A stretch of DNA of 64,000 nt from Candidatus Saccharimonadales bacterium (lineage in GTDB: Bacteria; Patescibacteriota; Saccharimonadia; Saccharimonadales; SZUA-47), in NCBI GenBank assembly GCA_041737385.1, contig JBGSRU010000002.1, positions 141,437 to 205,436 on the forward strand, read 5' to 3'. A program made the translations under genes and the position numbers. Positions 1-7,639 of this stretch are shown piece after piece. Within the stretch, counting starts at the first letter, position 1, and the number at the start of each line of letters is the position of its first letter. The notes under the pieces were generated by a model. That model had not been told where the DNA came from, did no database searches, and worked only from the letters and a program-made list of their open reading frames with translations.

Positions 1-1161
1 AGCGAATGTCAGAATATGAATATTGAAGTCCTACCACCTGACGTTAATGAGTCATTTGTCGAATTTGCAGTTGTTCCTGGTAAAGAACAAATTAGGTTTG
101 GTATGGCGGCAATTAAGAATGTTGGAAAAGGTGCAGTTGAAGAAATATTGCGAGCAAGAGGTAGTAAGCCGTTTGATTCTATTGAAAATTTTCTTTCGAG
201 AGTCAACTCACATGCAGTTAATAAAAAAACAATTGAAAGCCTGATTAAAACAGGCGCTTTCGATCGTTTTGGTTCTCGTTCTTCACTTCTCAATAATATA
301 GACGTTCTATTAGCTTTCTCACAAAAAAAACAAAAAGAACTAGACAGCGGGCAAACAGATTTATTTGGTAATGCAATTGGACAAGATTCAGAGATCAAAA
401 TTATTCTTGGACCAAACGATATCGCCTACACAACAAAAGATTATTTAACGTGGGAGCGCGAACTGATGGGACTATATTTGTCTGCACACCCGCTCTCTGA
501 CTATACGGACTTACTTGCAGAGCAGGTACACCCAATTAGCGACGTCACTGAAGAGCAAGATGGGAAAAAAGCTAAAATTGGAGGCATCGTCACTGACGTG
601 CGGGTTATCCAGACAAAAAAAGGCCAGAATATGGCATTCGTCCGAATGGCTGACTTAAAAAGTGACATAGAGCTTATATTATTTCCGAGAGTTTATGAAG
701 AGACATCTTGGCTCTGGGTGCTTGATAAAGTACTCGTCATAGAAGGGGAAGTAAATGCCCGTGACAAAGATGGTAACAAGACTTCGGATGCAAAAATAAA
801 TGTTTCGACAGCAAGAGAAATTCCACATGCGGAAGCAGTAAATTATGTTTCTGGCAAGAAGAAGCCAATTAAGAAGCTATCTGATCTGAAGCCTAAAAAA
901 ACAACCCAAAAAGCATCTGAAGATATACTCGCAGCTAATCAAAGAATATATATAAGAATGACAGACACGAAAGATTCGGCCCGTTTGCAAGCACTTAAAG
1001 ACCATTTGAGTGCACATAAAGGTGAGAGTGAAGTTGTGCTTGTTGTTGGCTCTGCAGACAAAAAGCAAGCAATAAAAATACCTGAAAGATCTTCAAAAAG
1101 TGAATCTAGCGTGGACGCTTTAATGCAACTATTCGGAGCAGAGAATGTCAAAGTTTCATGA
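1..1161 (+). CDS. dnaE: DNA polymerase III alpha subunit, C-terminal part (5' end cut by the window edge)
   Basis: The frame is open from base 1. The C-terminal DnaE region shows an HhH-like segment (FGMAAIKNVGKGAVEEI), the LFG...WERELMGLYLSAHPL motif and an OB-fold-like tail. Confidence 0.85.
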   Translation, partial: SECQNMNIEVLPPDVNESFVEFAVVPGKEQIRFGMAAIKNVGKGAVEEILRARGSKPFDSIENFLSRVNSHAVNKKTIESLIKTGAFDRFGSRSSLLNNIDVLLAFSQKKQKELDSGQTDLFGNAIGQDSEIKIILGPNDIAYTTKDYLTWERELMGLYLSAHPLSDYTDLLAEQVHPISDVTEEQDGKKAKIGGIVTDVRVIQTKKGQNMAFVRMADLKSDIELILFPRVYEETSWLWVLDKVLVIEGEVNARDKDGNKTSDAKINVSTAREIPHAEAVNYVSGKKKPIKKLSDLKPKKTTQKASEDILAANQRIYIRMTDTKDSARLQALKDHLSAHKGESEVVLVVGSADKKQAIKIPERSSKSESSVDALMQLFGAENVKVS

Positions 1162-1663
1162 TAAAAAATCTATGGATGTAAAGATTTGTTTGCTAGCAGT
1201 TGATGTGAGAAGTGCTCATAATGTTGGTTCGTTGTTTAGGAGCTGTGATGGATTTGGTGCTGAGCTTTTTTTGGTTGGCATCTCGCCACGTCCAAACGGA
1301 AATGATGATAACCGTTTGCCACACATAGCAAAAAAAGCTCATAAAGATATTGCTAAAACAGCGCTCGGTGCAGAAGAAACAGTTACGTGGCGATATGCAG
1401 AAACTTTGTCTGAGTGTATTGCAAAACTTAAAGTCGAAGGATATAAAATCATCGCAGTAGAACAAGACAAGACAAGCTCTTCTTTGTACGAACTTAGCTG
1501 TACTCAACCAACAGCCTTAGTCTTAGGTCGCGAAGTAGAAGGACTCAACCCAACGGAGATAGACCTCTGTGACGACGTATATGAAATCCCAATGAGTGGA
1601 GCTAAAGAGTCGTTTAATGTATCAGTTGCTGCTGGAATCGCGTTATACCAAGCTCGTGCGTAA
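1145..1663 (+). CDS. SpoU/TrmH-family RNA 2'-O-methyltransferase
   Basis: 172 aa with SPOUT motifs: AHNVGSLFRSCDGFG, LVLGREVEGL and IPMSG..ESFNVSVAAGIALY. It overlaps the dnaE stop. An alternative start at M10 is possible. Confidence 0.8.
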   Translation: MSKFHDKKSMDVKICLLAVDVRSAHNVGSLFRSCDGFGAELFLVGISPRPNGNDDNRLPHIAKKAHKDIAKTALGAEETVTWRYAETLSECIAKLKVEGYKIIAVEQDKTSSSLYELSCTQPTALVLGREVEGLNPTEIDLCDDVYEIPMSGAKESFNVSVAAGIALYQARA

Positions 1664-1705
1664 AACAGACATTTCATGGTATGATATAGCTCAAGGATAA
1701 GCGCA

Positions 1706-2758
1706 ATGCCAACAAAAAGAAAAACTGTCAAGAAAAACACTACATCGAGCAGTAAAAATACTCGCCAACACCCAAAGCATTTTTTGAAGGTGTATTGGCC
1801 GTACATCCCTATATTATTAGTTGTTTCTTTTGGCATGCTGTTCTCAGGGGTTAATCCTCGTACGGTACAAAATTCGCCAGCGACATTAGCTTATTCTACA
1901 GAAATGGGTACTGGGGCACTGCTTAGTAACACAAACTCACAGCGTACGAGTAACGGGCTTGGCGCGTTAACAATAAACCCAAAGCTTAACTCTTCCGCAC
2001 AAGCAAAAGCCAACGACATGGTTTCAAAAGATTATTGGGCTCACGAATCTCCAAACGGTGATCAGCCTTGGGTGTTTTTTGATACAGCAGGATACAGTTA
2101 TCAAAAAGCAGGAGAGAACCTTGCGTATGGCTACCCTAGTAGCAGTGAAACAGTTATCGGTTGGATGAACAGTCCAAGCCATAGAGCCAATATTCTAGAT
2201 ACGTCTTATACAGAAGTAGGTTTTGGGTTTGTAAATAGTCCAAATTTTGTCGGAACGGGGCAACAAACAGTCGTCGTCGCTCATTATGCAAAACCAATTG
2301 ATTCTCCTGCACCTGCACCTGCACCACCAGCTTCGGTTGCAGCCGCGCCGCAGCCAAAAGCCTTGCCAGCTTCAAGTGAGATAAAACAGACGCCGCCATC
2401 TGAACTAGCCGCTGAAGTTCAGACAGAGGTTGTTGAAGAAGAACCAATAACACTAGCCGAAGATAGGTTTAACCAGCCAGTCACTTCTGACAATCCGATT
2501 CCTGAAGACCTAAAACCAGTTGCGACGACACGGCTTCAATCATTAACAAAAGGAGAAGCACCTTGGAGTGCACTTGCATTGAGCGTTGTTGCATTCAGTG
2601 TTGTGCTTATATGGCTTATAAAACACATTATATTAGTAAAAAGATTTGTCCTGAGAGGTGAACACTTTGTTGCACACCATCCGCTATTAGACCTTGTCGT
2701 GGTGACCGTTGCGGCGATCGCTGTGTACTTATCACAAACTTCTGGTGTTGTACTCTAG
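1706..2758 (+). CDS. CAP/SCP/PR-1-domain protein with an N-terminal TM segment, a Pro/Ala-rich linker and C-terminal TM segments
   Basis: CAP core GENLAYGY...GWMNSPSHRANIL..YTEVGFG, a PAPAPAPP linker, and hydrophobic N- and C-terminal segments. Confidence 0.75.
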   Translation: MPTKRKTVKKNTTSSSKNTRQHPKHFLKVYWPYIPILLVVSFGMLFSGVNPRTVQNSPATLAYSTEMGTGALLSNTNSQRTSNGLGALTINPKLNSSAQAKANDMVSKDYWAHESPNGDQPWVFFDTAGYSYQKAGENLAYGYPSSSETVIGWMNSPSHRANILDTSYTEVGFGFVNSPNFVGTGQQTVVVAHYAKPIDSPAPAPAPPASVAAAPQPKALPASSEIKQTPPSELAAEVQTEVVEEEPITLAEDRFNQPVTSDNPIPEDLKPVATTRLQSLTKGEAPWSALALSVVAFSVVLIWLIKHIILVKRFVLRGEHFVAHHPLLDLVVVTVAAIAVYLSQTSGVVL

Positions 2759-2797
2759 TAAATACCGTACTGTTTATGCTTAAATAGTCTATAGATT

Positions 2798-4396
2798 ATG
2801 CCACAAGATGCCCGATTTGATGAAGAACGCTCTACTGCTCGACGTGCAGCAGTATTAAACATGCCCTACACTGACACGTCACAGATAGTCGATAAAATTC
2901 TCTATAAAAACTACTTAACAATTCAAGAGCTCCGACAATACAAATTAATCCCTTTGTTTGCTGATAAGCATCATATAAAAATTGGCATTACAACAACCAC
3001 GTCGCAGCGAACAATGCAACAATTGACGCAAAGATTTATGGATCAGCAAGTCACGTTCACTATCATTAGTGACGTGGGATTTAGAGAGTACATGTTGCTC
3101 TATGATCCGCCGAAAAAAATCGAGTATCAAGACATCGCTATCACTAAAGCAGCTGATGCAGGCGCTGTAAAACAAATATCAGATACTATTGCACAGGTGC
3201 GTGCAGACGACATGCTCGCATTCTTAGTACAACAGGCTTTTCGCTTAGGAGCAAGTGATATTCACCTAGAGAGCAAGCTTCAGGGAGCAAGAATTAGATT
3301 ACGGGTACACGGAGTGCTACATACAGTAGCAGCAATTGATGTTGATAAGTACCGCCAGCTTTTAGCAGTACTTGCAAGTGCTGCAAACATCAGTACCAGT
3401 GCGCAAGACGATCAAACCGGCCACATAAATAAAGCATTTCATATGGCAACCGGTGAAGAAGTCACGGTTAACTTACGAGTCGAGACAGTTCCAGCAGTTA
3501 ACGGTATTGATGCAGTGTTGCGTCTATTTAACTTCCAGCCAGATATGATGCGATTAGGTAAACTTGGGCTCGATCATAATCAAGAAACAGTTATTCGGGA
3601 TATTATTTCTCATCCGTCAGGCTTGGTGCTTATCGTAGGTCCGACAGGCTCTGGAAAAACAACGACTCTGTATAGTATCTTGAACGAGCTAAACAATGAC
3701 GAACGCAAAATTATTACACTTGAAGATCCTGTAGAATATCAGATTGATGGAATCACTCAGATTCCAGTTCGTTCACGTACTGGTGAGAGTTTTGCCGATA
3801 AATTCAGAGCTGTCATGCGTTTAGATCCTGATGTTATAATGGTTGGCGAAATTAGAGATATAGACACTGCTAAAACAGCCTTACAAGCAGCACTTACTGG
3901 GCACCTAGTATTGAGCACCTATCATGCTAGTTCTGCAGCAGCAGCAGTCACAAGATTACTCGACGCAATTGGTGAAAACCCTTTGTACGCAAGTGCAATT
4001 CGGCTTATTCAAGCACAACGACTTGTTCGTCAGCTTGATCCAATTACGAGACAAGAAATACTTCCGTCGCCGGAACTCGAAAAACATTTAGAAGAAATTG
4101 TCCACGCTATCACTGCTAATATAGACCTAGGATTTCTTCCGCAAGCAAAACTCTTTAAGCCGGGAGCTTCAGTAGAAAATCCATTTGGTTATAATGGTCA
4201 ATTTGCGATTCGAGAACTGCTTACAATGACTCCTAATATGCGAAAACTGCTTACAGGACCTACTAGAGAGATTACGACCGAAGCAATCGAAGAAGTTGCA
4301 GTAAAAGATGGCATGCTCACGATGAAACAAGACGGCGTATTGAAAGCCCTAAAAGGCGATACGACTTACGAAGAGATAACAAGAGTGATTGGTTAA
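2798..4396 (+). CDS. pilB: Type II/IV secretion (type IV pilus assembly) ATPase, GspE/PilB family
   Basis: Walker A GPTGSGKTTTLYS, Asp box LEDPVEY, Walker B DPDVIMVGEIRD and His box TGHLVLSTYHA. Confidence 0.8.
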   Translation: MPQDARFDEERSTARRAAVLNMPYTDTSQIVDKILYKNYLTIQELRQYKLIPLFADKHHIKIGITTTTSQRTMQQLTQRFMDQQVTFTIISDVGFREYMLLYDPPKKIEYQDIAITKAADAGAVKQISDTIAQVRADDMLAFLVQQAFRLGASDIHLESKLQGARIRLRVHGVLHTVAAIDVDKYRQLLAVLASAANISTSAQDDQTGHINKAFHMATGEEVTVNLRVETVPAVNGIDAVLRLFNFQPDMMRLGKLGLDHNQETVIRDIISHPSGLVLIVGPTGSGKTTTLYSILNELNNDERKIITLEDPVEYQIDGITQIPVRSRTGESFADKFRAVMRLDPDVIMVGEIRDIDTAKTALQAALTGHLVLSTYHASSAAAAVTRLLDAIGENPLYASAIRLIQAQRLVRQLDPITRQEILPSPELEKHLEEIVHAITANIDLGFLPQAKLFKPGASVENPFGYNGQFAIRELLTMTPNMRKLLTGPTREITTEAIEEVAVKDGMLTMKQDGVLKALKGDTTYEEITRVIG

Positions 4397-4529
4397 GCAA
4401 GACTGCGTAGATTGATCTTGCTGGGTGTTTAATGATAGGTGTGAGCAGTATGTACACTAATACACTTTCATTTCACTCTTTAAACTGCTATAATTAGCGA
4501 TAATAACGTTTAAGCAAAGAGAAGTAAAG

Positions 4530-5069
4530 ATGAATTCAGTAGTTCAAGACGTAGCAAATAGCTACAAAAAATCTAAAGTTGTCGACGTGAAGAGCGGCGA
4601 TACCGTTCGCGTCCACCAGAAAATCAAAGAAGGCGCAAAAGAGCGTGTTCAGGTATTTGAAGGTATGGTCATCAAGACTGCAAACAAAAAATCTCAGACA
4701 TCGTCTATAACCGTTCGACGCATCAGTGGCGGACTTGGTGTCGAAAAAAGCTACTTACTCCACAGTCCACTAGTGACAAAAGTTGAAGTTATGAAGCGTG
4801 GTAAAGTTCGACGAAACTATCTTACGTATATGCGTGACTTGCGCGGTAAAAAAGCTCGTCTTACAGGCAAGGACTTCGATAAGCAATCCGTTAATGACGT
4901 GCCTGATTATGAAGCAGAGAAAATTGAAGCTGAATTAAAAGCTAAAAAAGATGCAGAACACGCAGAACTTGCTCAAAAAGAAGCTGAAGAAAAAGCAGCA
5001 CTTGAAGCCAAGCAAAAAGCTGTCGAAGAGGCCCACAAAGAAACAGAAGATACTGCTGCTGCAGTGTAA
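4530..5069 (+). CDS. rplS: 50S ribosomal protein L19 with a Lys/Glu/Ala-rich C-terminal extension
   Basis: L19 core GDTVRVHQKIKEG.KERVQVFEGMVI...RRIS.G.GVEK, at 179 aa versus about 115 aa typical. Confidence 0.93.
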   Translation: MNSVVQDVANSYKKSKVVDVKSGDTVRVHQKIKEGAKERVQVFEGMVIKTANKKSQTSSITVRRISGGLGVEKSYLLHSPLVTKVEVMKRGKVRRNYLTYMRDLRGKKARLTGKDFDKQSVNDVPDYEAEKIEAELKAKKDAEHAELAQKEAEEKAALEAKQKAVEEAHKETEDTAAAV

Positions 5070-5091
5070 CAAAATACAGTTAGTCTCAGAA

Positions 5092-5125
5092 AGAGCTTCA
5101 CTTTAAATGTGAGGCTCTTTATGTT
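5092..5125 (+). terminator. Hairpin after rplS (AGAGCTTCAC-N7-GTGAGGCTCT, then a T-rich tract)
   Basis: A 10-bp stem with one G-U pair at 5092-5118, followed by TTATGTTT. Confidence 0.55.
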
Positions 5126-5159
5126 TAAGCGATACACGTTACCAAGTAAGTTATAATTA

Positions 5160-5729
5160 ATGCTAATGATAGGAATTGATGAAGTAGGAAGAGGCGCTTG
5201 GGCGGGACCGCTGCTAGTTGTCGCTGCAAGACTTAAAAAGGGGCACAAACTCCCAAAAGGTCTAAATGATTCCAAGCTACTAACGAAGAAGCAACGACAG
5301 AGACTCTTCCCGCACTTGTTGGAGAGCTGTGATGTCGGAGAGGGGTGGGTATCCGCTGATATGATTGATAGCTTGGGCCTAAGCAGGGCGTTAAAAAGCG
5401 CTTGTTTACTCGCAACATTTCAGATTGCAGAAGCGAAGGACGACAATATTCTCTTAGACGGAAATGTAAACTATTTTCAAGGGACGGGGTATACAAAAGT
5501 TACAGTGAAGCCAAAAGCAGATCAAACAGAGGCTATAGTATCGGCTGCATCAATACTAGCAAAAGTACTGCGTGATAGGTACATGGAGGATATAGCTGGT
5601 ATGTATTTTGCCTATGGATTTGAGTCTAACGTCGGGTACGGTACCGCTTATCACCACGAAGCTTTAAAAAAACATGGTGTCACGAACTTGCACCGTAAAA
5701 GTTTTACGCCGATCAAAGCACTGCTGTAG
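5160..5729 (+). CDS. rnhB: Ribonuclease HII
   Basis: IGIDEVGRGAWAGPL catalytic motif and a LNDSKLL motif. The real start may be the second ATG at 5166, because a TATAAT box lies at 5152-5157 (leaderless). Confidence 0.9.
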   Translation: MLMIGIDEVGRGAWAGPLLVVAARLKKGHKLPKGLNDSKLLTKKQRQRLFPHLLESCDVGEGWVSADMIDSLGLSRALKSACLLATFQIAEAKDDNILLDGNVNYFQGTGYTKVTVKPKADQTEAIVSAASILAKVLRDRYMEDIAGMYFAYGFESNVGYGTAYHHEALKKHGVTNLHRKSFTPIKALL

Positions 5730-5779
5730 TCTAAAGAGATTATGTCACTATTTTAATCATGTGTAGGATAGAGCAGTAA

Positions 5780-5812
5780 AAATCCGCTTTAAATCCGCTT
5801 TAAATCGGATTT
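5780..5812. repeat. Tandem 11-nt repeat AAATCCGCTTT x2 plus a third unit AAATCGGATTT that forms a hairpin (AAATCCG-N8-CGGATTT)
   Basis: Read directly at 5780-5790, 5791-5801 and 5802-5812. It lies between rnhB and the AbrB-like ORF. Confidence 0.7.
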
Positions 5813-5865
5813 CGTGTTAAAATTAGTTATAACTAAAAAACTAGCGTATATAAAAAGGAGTTGGT

Positions 5866-6042
5866 ATGGGAACGAGAAAAGCAGGTGAGCAACAGATTCG
5901 AAATATTACGAGTAATTCTAGTGGTACCTATCAAATATCAATACCCAAACAGTTGATAGCTGAATTAAAGTGGCGATCGGGGCAGAAAGTAACGGTGACA
6001 AAAGTCGGCGACAGGCTAATAGTTGAAGACTGGAAAGAGTAG
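5866..6042 (+). CDS. Small SpoVT/AbrB-domain (MazE/AbrB-like) DNA-binding protein, 58 aa
   Basis: Absent from the ORF track because it is under 60 aa. AAAGGAG lies 6 nt upstream of the ATG. YQISIPKQLIAELKWRSGQKVTVTKVGDRLIVE matches the swapped-hairpin AbrB pattern. Confidence 0.6.
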   Translation: MGTRKAGEQQIRNITSNSSGTYQISIPKQLIAELKWRSGQKVTVTKVGDRLIVEDWKE

Positions 6043-6102
6043 TTTTTTAGAATCTATTATCAACAGTGTTGAGACGATACATTGGAGTAAGAAATAAGTG
6101 TT

Positions 6103-7230
6103 TTAGCAGGTTAATGCTTGCTGTGGTATTTGGTTATTAGTGTCTGGATAGAGTTCTGCGTCTAAATTAATATCAAAACAAAGCATTCCTGCTCCCATGG
6201 CTGTGAAGTATTGCAGTGAGCCCGGCATGATTGCTTCATGTTGTTGTGCAATCGAGCGCAATTTAAGATCAACATTAGTAGGTTCGTCCTCGCCTTGAGG
6301 TGTTGGGATTCCCGTCCTATAAAGAATTCCTATACCTTCAGCTAACTCCTCTGTTGCTCCGCCTGTCGCACCATAGCTTGATATAAATGAGGTAGGGTTA
6401 TGGTACTCTTGACCGTAAATTTCTATTGTTCTGTTAGATTTATTATTTTCCGGGTTGTTATCGTAAATGCTGTTTGTAGAGCGCCAGCCGCATGTTGAGC
6501 TATCAAAGTTATGTCCAGCTTCGTGGGCATTCACATAGCTATTAGTTCCTCTATCCCATGCAATAAGTTTTACATAATCTGTTCTATGAATTCTTTCATC
6601 TTCTGCTCTATCTACTTGCGAATGTGCAGTACCTGCAGCATGCCAGCCAGCTACTATTGAGACTGATTCTCTATCGGATAGTTTTTGATATTCAAACGGC
6701 CTGAAAGTTTCATCAATTAGTAGCTGATCTATGTCTACCTTCGCCATTTCTGTGTAGTCATCATTTAAGAGCAAATCGCTGAAGTTAGCATGAGTATCTG
6801 CAACGCTGTAAGGGTATTCAACGTCTCCAAAAAGCACAGAAATTCCAAGAGGTTCAAATGCTAAGGCAGAAGCTTCACGTAGCTCGGATAGATTAGTGGA
6901 CTGCTGGATCGCAATTCTACTCTCTCTAAGTGAGCTCAATCCTGGAAAGTGTAATTGAGCGGAACCTATATTAATATCACCATTTTGATCGGCTATCATA
7001 CCGTTCTCTTGAACAATCAGTTTTTCGGGTAGACTTGCAATTTCTGCCTCATAGTCAACCACCTCAAGATTATCGCAAGGGCCGGGAGGTATATCACTAA
7101 CCATCGCTTCGGCCCCAACGACAATACCTACCGTCATCCCTCCTACTCCACCTATACAGGCTGCTGTGACAAGCGCACCTTCAAGGATTGGGTGATTATC
7201 TAAAAATCTTTCACTTTCGCTTTTGTGCAT
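6103..7230 (-). CDS. Membrane-anchored hypothetical protein with an HExxH zinc-metalloprotease motif
   Basis: N-terminal Gly-rich TM segment (ALVTAACIGGVGGMTVGIVVGA), HEAGHNF motif and a downstream acidic EELAEG. No family could be assigned. Confidence 0.7.
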   Translation of the reverse strand: MHKSESERFLDNHPILEGALVTAACIGGVGGMTVGIVVGAEAMVSDIPPGPCDNLEVVDYEAEIASLPEKLIVQENGMIADQNGDINIGSAQLHFPGLSSLRESRIAIQQSTNLSELREASALAFEPLGISVLFGDVEYPYSVADTHANFSDLLLNDDYTEMAKVDIDQLLIDETFRPFEYQKLSDRESVSIVAGWHAAGTAHSQVDRAEDERIHRTDYVKLIAWDRGTNSYVNAHEAGHNFDSSTCGWRSTNSIYDNNPENNKSNRTIEIYGQEYHNPTSFISSYGATGGATEELAEGIGILYRTGIPTPQGEDEPTNVDLKLRSIAQQHEAIMPGSLQYFTAMGAGMLCFDINLDAELYPDTNNQIPQQALTC

Positions 7231-7300
7231 AAAGCAAACAATAACATATTATTCAATATTAAGCAATAGAATTATCTATAAATTACTGTATTTTTAAAGT

Positions 7301-7636
7301 ATGAGTACTACATCCACAGGCCGCGAAGCTGAAGAACTGGTGGCGACTTATTTACATGATAGATTTGGACATAAAATTGTCGCTATGAACTGGCGGACTC
7401 GATGGTGTGAAATTGATATTGTAAGTAAGGATAAAAACTGTGTTTATTTCACAGAAGTAAAATACCGAAGCTCAAACGAATGGGGTGGCGGGTTTGACTA
7501 TATTGGCCCAAAGAAGCTCAAACAAATGCAATTCGCAGCTGAATTATGGCTGTCTGAAAATAACTGGTCAAAGGAATCAATTTTACAGGCTGCAGAAGTA
7601 GATGCTTCGGAACATATTAACTTAATAAGCCTGTAA
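7301..7636 (+). CDS. yraN: YraN-family (UPF0102) endonuclease-like protein
   Basis: GREAEELVATYL..G..IVAMNWR....EIDIV......V.FTEVKYR pattern. Confidence 0.85.
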   Translation: MSTTSTGREAEELVATYLHDRFGHKIVAMNWRTRWCEIDIVSKDKNCVYFTEVKYRSSNEWGGGFDYIGPKKLKQMQFAAELWLSENNWSKESILQAAEVDASEHINLISL

Positions 7637-7639
7637 AAG

